From Candidatus Thorarchaeota archaeon (GTDB lineage Archaea; Asgardarchaeota; Thorarchaeia; Thorarchaeales; Thorarchaeaceae), in NCBI GenBank assembly GCA_016933575.1, contig JAFGAR010000081.1, positions 128,001-192,000 on the forward strand: DNA of 64,000 nucleotides, written 5' to 3'. The position numbers and the translations under genes were made by a program. Shown here piece after piece: positions 1 through 8,987 of the stretch. Below the pieces are notes generated by a model. That model searched no databases, had not been told where the DNA came from, and saw nothing but the letters and a program-made list of their open reading frames with translations. Every line of letters begins with the position of its first letter. The first letter of the stretch is position 1.

Positions 1-253
1 TATGACTATCAACAAAACCCGGTATGGCAAACATACCTGGGAATTCGATAGGTGGCAAGTCTGGCATCTCTGTGATGTTTGCAAGAATCTCGTCAGTCCT
101 TCCCACATCAATGATAATCCCATCCTTTATTGCTATTGCACCATTTTCAATGATGGTCAACTCCTTCAAGGCTTCCCCCTTTTTTGGTGTGTTGCTATAA
201 CCTGCTAGGGTCGCCATTTGGCCAATGTTTGTGAGGAGGAGGTCAGGTTTCAT
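1..253 (-). CDS. hutI: imidazolonepropionase-like amidohydrolase, N-terminal part (runs off window)
   Basis: Not in ORF track. Manual translation from ATG at 253: MKPDLLLTNIGQMATLAGYSNTPKKGEALKELTIIENGAIAIKDGIIIDVG...AIPGFVDSH, the typical HutI N-terminus and start of the PGFVDxHTH motif; GGTGA RBS upstream. Confidence 0.8.
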   Translation of the reverse strand, partial: MKPDLLLTNIGQMATLAGYSNTPKKGEALKELTIIENGAIAIKDGIIIDVGRTDEILANITEMPDLPPIEFPGMFAIPGFVDSH

Positions 254-366
254 TTCATTCACCTGCTTTTTACATACATAGTGATTGATTTAGGTTGTGC
301 TCCTCGTAGAGGCATTAATTAGGTAGCTAATCACGAGATGTACAAGCACAACTCGAGGCATTACTC

Positions 367-948
367 ATGGACTACTTAATTCTGAGCTGGCAAGATGTGT
401 ATAATCTAACTCTACAGCTATCAGAGAAGATTGTTTCAAGTGGGTTTAAACCTGATATCATTGTAGGGATTGCACGTGGTGGATGGATTCCTGCTAGAAT
501 TCTCTCGGATGTATTGTATATGGAGTCTTTACACAATATTCGTATCGAATACTATACAGATGTGGGAGTCAAGGGGAAAGAACCAAAGATAACCCAACCA
601 TTATCTGGGTCTCTTGAAGGGCATACTGTTCTCTTGGTTGATGAAATTGCAGATACAGGAGATAGTCTGTATCATGCCATTAATCATGCTAAATCTCTTG
701 GTGTGAAGAATCTGCGTTCAGCTGTACTCCATCTCAAACCCACATCAAGAGTGATTCCTGATTACTATATGGTAAAGACGAGTAGTTGGACTGTCTATCC
801 TTGGGAAAATCGAGAATCAATAATTTCATTGGTCAAGATATTCAAGAACGAAAATCCCGCGCAGTCGATGAAAGATATTCGTGATAAATTGGTCTTCGAA
901 GTTGGATTTGAACCAACTGTAGCCGATTACTTCATCAGTCGTCTGTAG
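367..948 (+). CDS. purine phosphoribosyltransferase (type I PRTase)
   Basis: IVGIARGGWIPARILSD and PRPP-binding VLLVDEIADTGDSL motifs; W..YPWE. Confidence 0.9.
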   Translation: MDYLILSWQDVYNLTLQLSEKIVSSGFKPDIIVGIARGGWIPARILSDVLYMESLHNIRIEYYTDVGVKGKEPKITQPLSGSLEGHTVLLVDEIADTGDSLYHAINHAKSLGVKNLRSAVLHLKPTSRVIPDYYMVKTSSWTVYPWENRESIISLVKIFKNENPAQSMKDIRDKLVFEVGFEPTVADYFISRL

Positions 949-973
949 TTCACGCATCATTGAGGACTGTCTA

Positions 974-1555
974 ATGTTACTTGAAACAATCATATGGAAT
1001 GATGAAGAATTCCACGTAGGAATCTCTGAGATTATGGTTTCCAAACAACTTGACAGGGATGTACTATTGAATCTAGCCAGCATGTTATCTGAAAAAGTGT
1101 TTGCCCTGCAATTCTTCAATAGTGCTATGATTGTTGATGAAGTACATCTTCTCTCGGCAGCTCAGAATGCAATGAATGCAATGAAAGGCAACTACATGAT
1201 ATCGCGAACCTTCGATGTTGAGATTGCTATCTATGCATCTGCTCAACATCAAATTGGGCGAGCTCTTGAGATGATGGGTGTTACTGATGATACGAAAAGT
1301 GTCTGTGTCGTCATCGTGGATTTGAAGAGTGCTGCCATTCGTGAATGTATGTCAGAACTCATCGATACTCTGGGGCAAGAAGCCAAACCTCAATTCAAGG
1401 CAACAGCTGAGAAAATCAGTGATTTAATGAGAGTGTTCAATATCAGTGAGGTTGAGATGAATCAATTTACTAATGACCTTAGTATTGACTCAAGAAAGAA
1501 AGCTCTGCTAAAATGCGTAGTGAGTAGAGTATCGCAAGCAACACTTGCATCATGA
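974..1555 (+). CDS. cgi121: KEOPS complex subunit Cgi121
   Basis: HLLSAAQNA...ISRTFDVEIAIYASAQHQIGRALEMMGV and C-terminal VSRVS pattern. Confidence 0.85.
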   Translation: MLLETIIWNDEEFHVGISEIMVSKQLDRDVLLNLASMLSEKVFALQFFNSAMIVDEVHLLSAAQNAMNAMKGNYMISRTFDVEIAIYASAQHQIGRALEMMGVTDDTKSVCVVIVDLKSAAIRECMSELIDTLGQEAKPQFKATAEKISDLMRVFNISEVEMNQFTNDLSIDSRKKALLKCVVSRVSQATLAS

Positions 1556-1558
1556 ATT

Positions 1559-2116
1559 CTAGTATTGGTCATCTCTCATTGTCATTATGGATAGGATATC
1601 ATCCTCTTCCTTTAGGATAGCCATTCCTGTCCATTCTCCCACTATCTCGACCCATATGTTCTTGTCTGGATTATCAAGATTCACAGTTCTCGGTATCTCG
1701 TGGGCAACGACTTCAACTACTTCCATATGTTCTAAGTTAGTATGTCTTCTTCGTACAGTCACCCGGAATGTTTCATCCTCTGATATCTTCTCCAAAAGTC
1801 TTCGCGCGACTTCTGCGATTGTTTCTAAATTAGATTCTACGCAATATTCGAATGGGGTGAATCTGATTGAATATCGAAATTGATATGGATTCTCAATGGC
1901 GAATTCTCGCAGTCTGTGAACCACTTCAAAGGGATCTAACGACGTCTTACAACTAATCAACCCGGATATTGGAGTCCTTGAGATATGAAGGTCCTCATCA
2001 CCCAGGAGATCTCCAATAAAATATTGGACCTCCGACTTAGCAGCACGTTCACGGTCTCTTGGACAGGCTACCAGTAGATTGTATTCTCGCAGTAAGTTTC
2101 CCTCACATGTCTGCAA
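1559..2116 (-). CDS. stand-alone THUMP-domain RNA-binding protein
   Basis: ETFRVTVRRR and VNLDNPDKNIWVEIVG THUMP motifs. Confidence 0.85.
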   Translation of the reverse strand: MQTCEGNLLREYNLLVACPRDRERAAKSEVQYFIGDLLGDEDLHISRTPISGLISCKTSLDPFEVVHRLREFAIENPYQFRYSIRFTPFEYCVESNLETIAEVARRLLEKISEDETFRVTVRRRHTNLEHMEVVEVVAHEIPRTVNLDNPDKNIWVEIVGEWTGMAILKEEDDILSIMTMRDDQY

Positions 2117-2819
2117 AGATGATGCGTGTTGTCCAGAGCCTCAGTGCATCTGAGTCAACCTTCAGATTGGCTTCTAGATCATTGATTGTTAGTGCTCCCT
2201 CTCTGTATACTTTGATATTCAATGATTCTGTTTCTTCAGCTCTCTCAACGCCAATTATGGTGGAGTTTTCAGAGAGCTTGGATGGTCCTGCATCAATGTA
2301 TAGGTCCACCTCATCACCTAACTGCTCCAAGGCTACTGAAACATCAAAAGGACTTGCTCCTCCACTTCTATTTGCGCTGGTTCCTACTATTGGGCCTCCA
2401 ATCATACCTGCTATACCTCTTGGTACAATATGATTTGGGACTCGGATTGCAATTGAGTCTCTCCCTGCAGTAATATGTTCAGGAATTTCAGGTCTTGGTT
2501 TGACAATAAGCGTAAGAGCTCCTGGCCAGAACAGTTTTGCAATGACAGTTTCTAGGGTACCAAATTCATGATATACTTCACACTGTGAGATATCTGAAAA
2601 TAGAAGTGGCACTCCTAATTGACGGTCTCGTCTCTTGACTGAAATAAGTCGACTTAGAGCATCAGCATTTTGTGCATCACAGCCTAGCCCATAGCTTGTA
2701 TCAGTTGGATAGACGACAATGCCTCCATCTTTAATCACGTTTGCTGCCCTTTGGATGATGGAATCACAATCACTCAGATTCTCAATGCTCATTATCTCAG
2801 CTGTCAATTGACTTCCCAT
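2103..2819 (-). CDS. sua5: L-threonylcarbamoyladenylate synthase (YrdC/TsaC type, no SUA5 C-domain)
   Basis: GGIVVYPTDTSYGLGC, KRR, FWPGALTLI, IAIRVP, GTSANRSG; ATG at 2819 preferred as start. Confidence 0.92.
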   Translation of the reverse strand: MGSQLTAEIMSIENLSDCDSIIQRAANVIKDGGIVVYPTDTSYGLGCDAQNADALSRLISVKRRDRQLGVPLLFSDISQCEVYHEFGTLETVIAKLFWPGALTLIVKPRPEIPEHITAGRDSIAIRVPNHIVPRGIAGMIGGPIVGTSANRSGGASPFDVSVALEQLGDEVDLYIDAGPSKLSENSTIIGVERAEETESLNIKVYREGALTINDLEANLKVDSDALRLWTTRIIFADM

Positions 2820-2876
2820 TCTGAATCCTGCAAACATACATATGGCCCTTACGCTCCATGTTCATCAAGCGGAGGA

Positions 2877-3926
2877 ATAGAAATTTTCGGAGTAATCTTG
2901 GCTGCAGGCAAGGGCGAGCGAATGAACCCTCTCACCCTTGAGATTCCAAAGGCTCTTGTCTATGTTGCAGGTAAGACTCTCCTAGAATGGAGTCTAGAAC
3001 GTCTCTTTCTTTCCGGATGTAATGATATCATTGTAGCAACTGGTTGGAAGAGTGAACTAATCAAAGACGCATTAGACGCGATAAAAATGCCTTCAGTTGA
3101 AAAGACATCAGGATCAGTATCAATTATTGAAGTACCAGAATACGAACGAGGTCCCTTGCAGACATTTGTAACAGCAACAGGTATGGTCCATGGTTCTACC
3201 AACATCCTCAATCCTGTCGATCTGATTATCTCAATGAATGACGTCAAAGCAATCATATCCGCTCATCCAAAACATGACCAATATGCTGTTACCTTGGCAA
3301 TCGATTACGATAGCAATCGAGGAAGTGAGGTCTCTCTCGGTTCAGATGGCCAAATTCTAGCAATCAATCAAGAAATTCGAAAAGGCTCCAAGAAGGCAAA
3401 GAGTGCGCTGTTACTCACATTCTCTTCGGGAGTCATTGAGCTTTGCAAGAATGAGTTAGACCGTGGTGAGAGCCGAATCTTTCCCGTACTAAATAATATG
3501 ATACAAGTCAGGGATCATAAGGTACATGGGTATTCTGTCACCGGTATCTGGTATGATGTTGATACAATTCACGATGTATTGAGTGCTAACAAACATCTTC
3601 TTGGTTCTGTGATTAAGCAGAAACCCGACTCTGTGTATATTCCAGATGGTGATACAATGCAAATAGAAGACTTCCTATCCCTCGATTCTGGAATCCGTAT
3701 AGGTCGTGGTGTTCTCTTGAAAGGACCCTGTTTAATCGAAAAGAATTCATCAATAGGGGACAAATGCATCATTGGTCCTTACGTTAGCATGGCGGAAGAT
3801 ACGATTATCGGAGATAATAGTGAAGTTCAAAATACAGTCATCTTTGGTTCGTCCAATGTGCCCATCAACAGTCGAATTGATGGGACCATCATCTATCAAT
3901 CAAATTACTATCGAGAGGAGGCTTAG
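2877..3926 (+). CDS. sugar-phosphate nucleotidyltransferase with C-terminal left-handed beta-helix
   Basis: ILAAGKGERMNPLTLEIPKAL, WYDVDT, hexapeptide repeats; start codon uncertain (see findings). Confidence 0.85.
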   Translation: MEIFGVILAAGKGERMNPLTLEIPKALVYVAGKTLLEWSLERLFLSGCNDIIVATGWKSELIKDALDAIKMPSVEKTSGSVSIIEVPEYERGPLQTFVTATGMVHGSTNILNPVDLIISMNDVKAIISAHPKHDQYAVTLAIDYDSNRGSEVSLGSDGQILAINQEIRKGSKKAKSALLLTFSSGVIELCKNELDRGESRIFPVLNNMIQVRDHKVHGYSVTGIWYDVDTIHDVLSANKHLLGSVIKQKPDSVYIPDGDTMQIEDFLSLDSGIRIGRGVLLKGPCLIEKNSSIGDKCIIGPYVSMAEDTIIGDNSEVQNTVIFGSSNVPINSRIDGTIIYQSNYYREEA

Positions 3927-3929
3927 TAA

Positions 3930-4538
3930 ATGCCAAGTAAATTCCGCGTTCGGGGATTCTTTCGAGGAATTGTCCTTAGAATTGCCCGACCTCTTGCACG
4001 AGCTGGGGTCTCACCAAATTCCATTACCTATGCTAGTCTATTTTTTGCTCTCTGTGCATTTCTCGTGCTGCCGCTCACAGACTCTCCTATCCTTTTTGGA
4101 ATACTCGTCTTTGTCACAGGATTACTGGATGGCGTTGATGGAAGTGTAGCACGACTTACCGAGTCCTCATCTACTACTGGCGGACTAATCGACTCGGTTG
4201 TCGATAAAGCTTCTGAAGTACTGATCCTCACAGGAATTGCTCTTCGATACCAAGACGCTATCTTTCTTGGCCTTTCAGTTGAATTATGGGTGATCTTTGC
4301 AATTTTTGGATGGTTGATGACGAGCTACACGCGTGCACGCGCTGAGAGTCTTGAGGTGTCTGATCTGGATATCGGTGTAGGAGGGCGTTCTGAACGCTTA
4401 CTCACTCTAGTGATATTCTCAATCTTTGGATTTATTCTATGGGGCCTGCTTGTTGTTACAATAATGGGGTTTGCAACTGCTGGATACAGATTATATCACT
4501 ACAAACAGCAACTTTCTGCCCGAGAATCAAACAACTAG
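3930..4538 (+). CDS. CDP-alcohol phosphatidyltransferase (archaetidylinositol-phosphate synthase-like)
   Basis: SPNSIT, DGVDGSVAR...GGLIDSVVD signature, SYTRARAE. Confidence 0.9.
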   Translation: MPSKFRVRGFFRGIVLRIARPLARAGVSPNSITYASLFFALCAFLVLPLTDSPILFGILVFVTGLLDGVDGSVARLTESSSTTGGLIDSVVDKASEVLILTGIALRYQDAIFLGLSVELWVIFAIFGWLMTSYTRARAESLEVSDLDIGVGGRSERLLTLVIFSIFGFILWGLLVVTIMGFATAGYRLYHYKQQLSARESNN

Positions 4539-4610
4539 TTGATGCACCGCCATACTTAAGAGTAAGTCAAAAAAGGCCGCCATAGAATCAGCTTACGGAG
4601 ACAATTTTCG

Positions 4611-5030
4611 ATGGCCAAATTCAGAGCGGATCACTATCTAATTGCAGAATTTGAAACTACACCTGATACCAAAAAGGTAGGAGAGAACGTCCTAGCCGCC
4701 TTAAAGGAACTTTCTGAGATGAAGGATCTTGCCATTGTATCTAAACGCATGGAAGGAAAATCTTGGTCCGAAATAGTAGGTCGTATCGATATTCCAGCTG
4801 GCTCGAAAGCATTCTGGGCGATGATTAAGAAGGAACTATCTGAGCGAGAGCCATATCACCTCTTCATCCGTTTTGATATGAATGCAGAAGGAGCAAATAT
4901 TGACGAAGCTCGTTCAGCTGTGAAATCTTGGATAGAAACCAATATTGTTCCGAAAATTAAGGCTAAGACCTCAATCAAGAGTTTGAAAGTACTTCAACCA
5001 AATGAGGTCTATATGCCCAAACTTGACTAG
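4611..5030 (+). CDS. hypothetical soluble protein
   Basis: 139 aa ORF with GGAG RBS, globular composition, no family recognised. Confidence 0.7.
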   Translation: MAKFRADHYLIAEFETTPDTKKVGENVLAALKELSEMKDLAIVSKRMEGKSWSEIVGRIDIPAGSKAFWAMIKKELSEREPYHLFIRFDMNAEGANIDEARSAVKSWIETNIVPKIKAKTSIKSLKVLQPNEVYMPKLD

Positions 5031-5035
5031 ATCTC

Positions 5036-6049
5036 TCACTCTTCTAATACATCAATGATGTGCAAATTGCTACCTACTGCTTGCACAATCTCGTATCGAT
5101 TATCTCCATCTATATCCCCGGCGGCAACAATGGATTCCGTCGATTTCTTGGTTGTCTTGAGCGTGGTTTCCTCATTGATTCGATTTCCGATCAATGAGAG
5201 TATCGCAATTGTAGAGTTTGCATGACTCACAACCATCTGTCCCTGTTGATGGTCCAAATCCCAAAATTTACCCATTCTAATCGAGCTCACTGGACTTGGC
5301 GCTCGTATAGAATCTAGTTTTTCCATCGTACCTTTTACAAATCCGAATAGACTGAGTGTACGACCATCCGAGACAGTAAGTGTTTCATAATTCTCATCGT
5401 TGGTGATATCGCCTGTAGCTACTAGACCAACCTCACCACCAACACTGATCTTTGCTCGTTCATGTAGTCGATCATCTGCATATTGATAGATGTAAAAATA
5501 ACCCGAGTCATCTCCAAACACGAAACGACTGTACGGCATCCCCTTGGTCATCAGAGGTCGTATCGATAGTACGGGTCTCTCAAGTACCTTATGCGCGAGT
5601 TTATCGAGAGCAACATCATACCACCCATAACACCTCATACTACCATCACTGGTTGATACCACAACTTCAGAGCTCTCATCATCAAGGACGTTTAAGACTG
5701 CAATTGCTGTTGTTAGACTACCTAGAGGAGTTGATGCTTTGACACTAATACTATCATCCATGTACACAAATACGCGCAGGATGTTGTCAAGCCCCCCCAT
5801 TACAAAATCCGGTATACCATCGCCAGTCACATCTCCTATTCCGATGGCAGCTAATGGCGGGAGTCCTCCTATGTTACACCGCTCTTTGAGCGGTTTTTTA
5901 TCATCACGATTGAAATCATATACTCTTACATCGCCATTAAGCGTGGTAGTGATTATATTGGTCGTTCCATCTCTCTGTAGGTCCACAAGCTCGACAGATG
6001 TAATTGCTTCCTTGAAAGCAACTTTTGCAGCAATGTCTAGCTTAGTCAT
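5036..6049 (-). CDS. FG-GAP/VCBS-repeat beta-propeller without signal peptide
   Basis: Repeated GDxxGDGxxE/D blades (DLQRDG, GDVTGDGIPDF, GDITNDENYE, GDIDGDNRYEI). Confidence 0.8.
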   Translation of the reverse strand: MTKLDIAAKVAFKEAITSVELVDLQRDGTTNIITTTLNGDVRVYDFNRDDKKPLKERCNIGGLPPLAAIGIGDVTGDGIPDFVMGGLDNILRVFVYMDDSISVKASTPLGSLTTAIAVLNVLDDESSEVVVSTSDGSMRCYGWYDVALDKLAHKVLERPVLSIRPLMTKGMPYSRFVFGDDSGYFYIYQYADDRLHERAKISVGGEVGLVATGDITNDENYETLTVSDGRTLSLFGFVKGTMEKLDSIRAPSPVSSIRMGKFWDLDHQQGQMVVSHANSTIAILSLIGNRINEETTLKTTKKSTESIVAAGDIDGDNRYEIVQAVGSNLHIIDVLEE

Positions 6050-6149
6050 TATTCCGAGGGCCTCTTAAAATTGGAGCATGATGGAGTAGGTTGAGGTTCT
6101 TGATACCATTTAAGAGTTCTTAGATTGTTGCTAGTTCCCCTGAACTTAT

Positions 6150-6725
6150 GTGCTTAAGTCTGAGAATATGGGACTTGATAGTATGAGCAAAGAGGAACAA
6201 TTGCCAATCCTTGACACCAAAGAGTGGACCAGCACTCCAGAGACCGTTGCAGACGAACTCAGGTCTTTTGTTAAAGAATTCGAGTTGTTTACGCCTGAGC
6301 TCTTTGCTGAAGTCAATTTTCATCTCCTACGACAATCTGGTCTTACAAAAAGCAGCCGACAAGCATTGTGCGAAATATCCATCTTCAATAAGACTTGTCC
6401 CAAGTGTGAACTTCTGTACAGTGCCAAGAAATGTCCTCTCTGGTCCCGACTCTACAAAATAGTGACTTGGGATATAGTCGAAAGAGCGCCTCCTTGTATT
6501 CGATTAGCCTTTGCAAAAAAGACAATAAAGACTGTGACTAACTATCTTGTTGCTGTTAATCTGGTGAGCCCACCTTTTTTCAAATCCCGCGGAGCACCAT
6601 CCTGTAATGCAATGCGAAGATGGGGGTATTGCCATCCCAATGAATATTGCAAAGCAATGGAGACCGATAACACATTCGAATACAATGCTGCACGAGAACG
6701 AGTGAAATTATCACGGGCTCTCTAA
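6150..6725 (+). CDS. small Cys-rich protein with primase large subunit (PriL) C-terminal Fe-S-like motif
   Basis: PPC...PSCNAMRRWGYCHPNEYC...NTFEY plus an extra CPKC/CP cluster; start may be ATG 6168 or 6183. Confidence 0.6.
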   Translation: MLKSENMGLDSMSKEEQLPILDTKEWTSTPETVADELRSFVKEFELFTPELFAEVNFHLLRQSGLTKSSRQALCEISIFNKTCPKCELLYSAKKCPLWSRLYKIVTWDIVERAPPCIRLAFAKKTIKTVTNYLVAVNLVSPPFFKSRGAPSCNAMRRWGYCHPNEYCKAMETDNTFEYNAARERVKLSRAL

Positions 6726-6791
6726 TCAAAGGATTCAAGTCATGGCTTAAATACTGCTCCAGACCTATGAGAAGACACGGGGCAGGTCATT

Positions 6792-8300
6792 GTGATCGAC
6801 GAAATCAATGTTGAACATGTTCAACTCATTCGCTTGACTGGACTTAGAGAGGATCTTCTTCAAAATGCCCGTGTGGAGAATGGGACGTCTTGGAGTAATA
6901 TCTCTCAGACTATCAGTGAACATGAACGTATTATTTCAATGGGCGAAAGGCATAGTAGACAAAAAGCAATTCAAGATCCTGTTCATGGGGCGATTATTTT
7001 AGAACCCTGGGAACTCGACACGATTTCTACTTGGGAGATGCTCAGACTCAGATATGTAATGCAACTTGGCCCTGCTCACATAGTTTATCCTGGAGCCACG
7101 CATACACGCTTTCAACACTGTCTGGGAACTAACTTTCTTGCTCAGAAATCAATACGAGTTGTGAATTATTGCGAAGACCTTGATACAGCGTGTTTTGTCC
7201 CCTTCTCCGGTCTCCTTGATGATTATCAAAAGAAGCTATTCAGAGCTGCAGCATTACTTCATGATGTTGGTCATCCACCAACTTCTCACACAATAGAGTA
7301 CGCCCTAGAATCTTGGGCAAATCTTGACCACACAGACTTGGGCGAATTCCTGATTCTACATAGCGGTCTTACTGACGTACTCAAACAGAATGATATTGAA
7401 CCAATTGATGTTGTAAACATACTGAAGAAGCGTACGAAAGACCCGATTATGCTACTCTTGAATGAGTTTCTTGACCACCCCTTGGATATTGACAAGACCG
7501 ATTATCTCATCAGAGATGCGTATTTCAGTGGAGTCCAGCTCGGGGTCTTTCCCGCAGAACGTGTTTTACTTACCAATCGTGTAGTCCTCGATAAGAATGG
7601 GAAATATGTCCGTGCATTTATGTTGAAAGCCATCCATTCTCTGGAAGCCCTCATGTTAAGTCGGAATTGGATGTTCTCAGACCTCTATTTGCATCACGCA
7701 GTCAAACTGGCTGAGGCGCTCATTTCCAAAGCAACTTACTTCAGAATGGAAGAAGAATCTCTTACTAAGAATGAATGTATTGGATTCTTTACACGAATGA
7801 CAGACAGTGACCTATTTCGGTGGCTTTCAGATTCTGAAATTCCCTTTGTTAGGGAGTATATCTCACGAATAACATATCGACGACTCTTCAAAGTTGCTCT
7901 CTCACGACCCATTATCTCATTTGAGCCGGATGCTCAGAAAGAGATTCTCTCGATGAGAGATAATATCCAGCGGCTTCTCACTCTTGAGGATGAGTTGGCT
8001 GATAAGAGGGGGAGTGTTGTTGTAGATATTGTTATTCCAGAGTTAGGCGAGAAGCTCCTAAGCAAGATCCCACTCTTGATTGGTGGCGAACGGGGGTTCG
8101 ATCTTGTAGCGCTAAATGAACTCCAAGAGGGTCGCCCCCTATTGCAAACGCTGAAACAACAGACACATACAATTCCCTCAGTGCGAGTATATACTGACCC
8201 ATCTATTGCAAGTACTATTCGTAAGAAATTCGAAAAACGATTCCCATTAGCACATATGCCTGAGCATCGAGATGATGAATACGATTTGATTGAGTACTAA
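6792..8300 (+). CDS. HD-domain phosphohydrolase, SAMHD1/dNTP triphosphohydrolase family
   Basis: DPVHG, RLRYVMQLG..YPGATHTRFQHCLG, LLHDVGHPPTSH, DIDKTDYLIRD. Confidence 0.9.
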   Translation: MIDEINVEHVQLIRLTGLREDLLQNARVENGTSWSNISQTISEHERIISMGERHSRQKAIQDPVHGAIILEPWELDTISTWEMLRLRYVMQLGPAHIVYPGATHTRFQHCLGTNFLAQKSIRVVNYCEDLDTACFVPFSGLLDDYQKKLFRAAALLHDVGHPPTSHTIEYALESWANLDHTDLGEFLILHSGLTDVLKQNDIEPIDVVNILKKRTKDPIMLLLNEFLDHPLDIDKTDYLIRDAYFSGVQLGVFPAERVLLTNRVVLDKNGKYVRAFMLKAIHSLEALMLSRNWMFSDLYLHHAVKLAEALISKATYFRMEEESLTKNECIGFFTRMTDSDLFRWLSDSEIPFVREYISRITYRRLFKVALSRPIISFEPDAQKEILSMRDNIQRLLTLEDELADKRGSVVVDIVIPELGEKLLSKIPLLIGGERGFDLVALNELQEGRPLLQTLKQQTHTIPSVRVYTDPSIASTIRKKFEKRFPLAHMPEHRDDEYDLIEY

Positions 8301-8974
8301 AGCAAATGTTTGATACTCTCGCGAACCTTTGGAAATCCATACTCCATTTGGATTATTCCATAGATTGCCTCAATGAGGGTTCCTTTGTCATGTTCAATCT
8401 CTGACTTGCTTGGAGTCGCAGGGTCGAAATGTATCCTATGTTCATAGAGCTGCCATCGGTCGCAGAGGTCCGCCATATGCTGGTTACTGACAATCTCAGC
8501 TTTCTTCTGAGTCAACTGACCGACATCATCCAGATTATTCTGCCAGAGGCGGTATAGTACTCCCATTGAAATCGCTGCATCTCCAAGAAGTGCGAATACT
8601 TTGGCAATCTCACTGACCGATATCAGAGTTACAAACTCATCACTACTTAGAGGAACATCTTTCTCGTTTCGATATTGAATCTCTAGCTCCAAAAACAAGT
8701 TCTTAGTACTTGGTTGAAACATGGCAACTATGAGAAGTTCCTTATTTTTTATCTTGAAGCCGAGTGTTCTTTCAAGTTGTGGAGCAATTCGGTTCTTGAT
8801 ATAATCTGTCTTATCATGAATCTGGAGTATCTGTTCTTCCCATCGATTAAGCTTCTCTGCAAATCGAGTCTTGTTGAATGGATTCTCGTCTTTGGAATGA
8901 CGAATGATCTCTAGCAATTTATCTAACTTCTTCTCAATGTGAATTGGTTTCCATTCAAGGCTTTTCCGACTCAT
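8297..8974 (-). CDS. ribonuclease III domain protein (Mini-III-like, no dsRBD)
   Basis: LERTLGFKIKNKELL, FALLGDAA, GQLTQKKAEIVSN, GTLIEAIYG. Confidence 0.8.
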   Translation of the reverse strand: MSRKSLEWKPIHIEKKLDKLLEIIRHSKDENPFNKTRFAEKLNRWEEQILQIHDKTDYIKNRIAPQLERTLGFKIKNKELLIVAMFQPSTKNLFLELEIQYRNEKDVPLSSDEFVTLISVSEIAKVFALLGDAAISMGVLYRLWQNNLDDVGQLTQKKAEIVSNQHMADLCDRWQLYEHRIHFDPATPSKSEIEHDKGTLIEAIYGIIQMEYGFPKVRESIKHLL

Positions 8975-8987
8975 GATATCTCAACTC

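Noticed and set aside
2-208. Plus-strand 68-aa ORF from the track
   Set aside because: Antisense shadow of the hutI-like CDS on the minus strand
2877-4538. IPCT/DIPPS di-myo-inositol-phosphate synthesis pair
   Set aside because: The nucleotidyltransferase has a beta-helix C-domain, unlike IPCT, and the transferase looks more like a lipid (AIP-type) synthase; cannot be assigned
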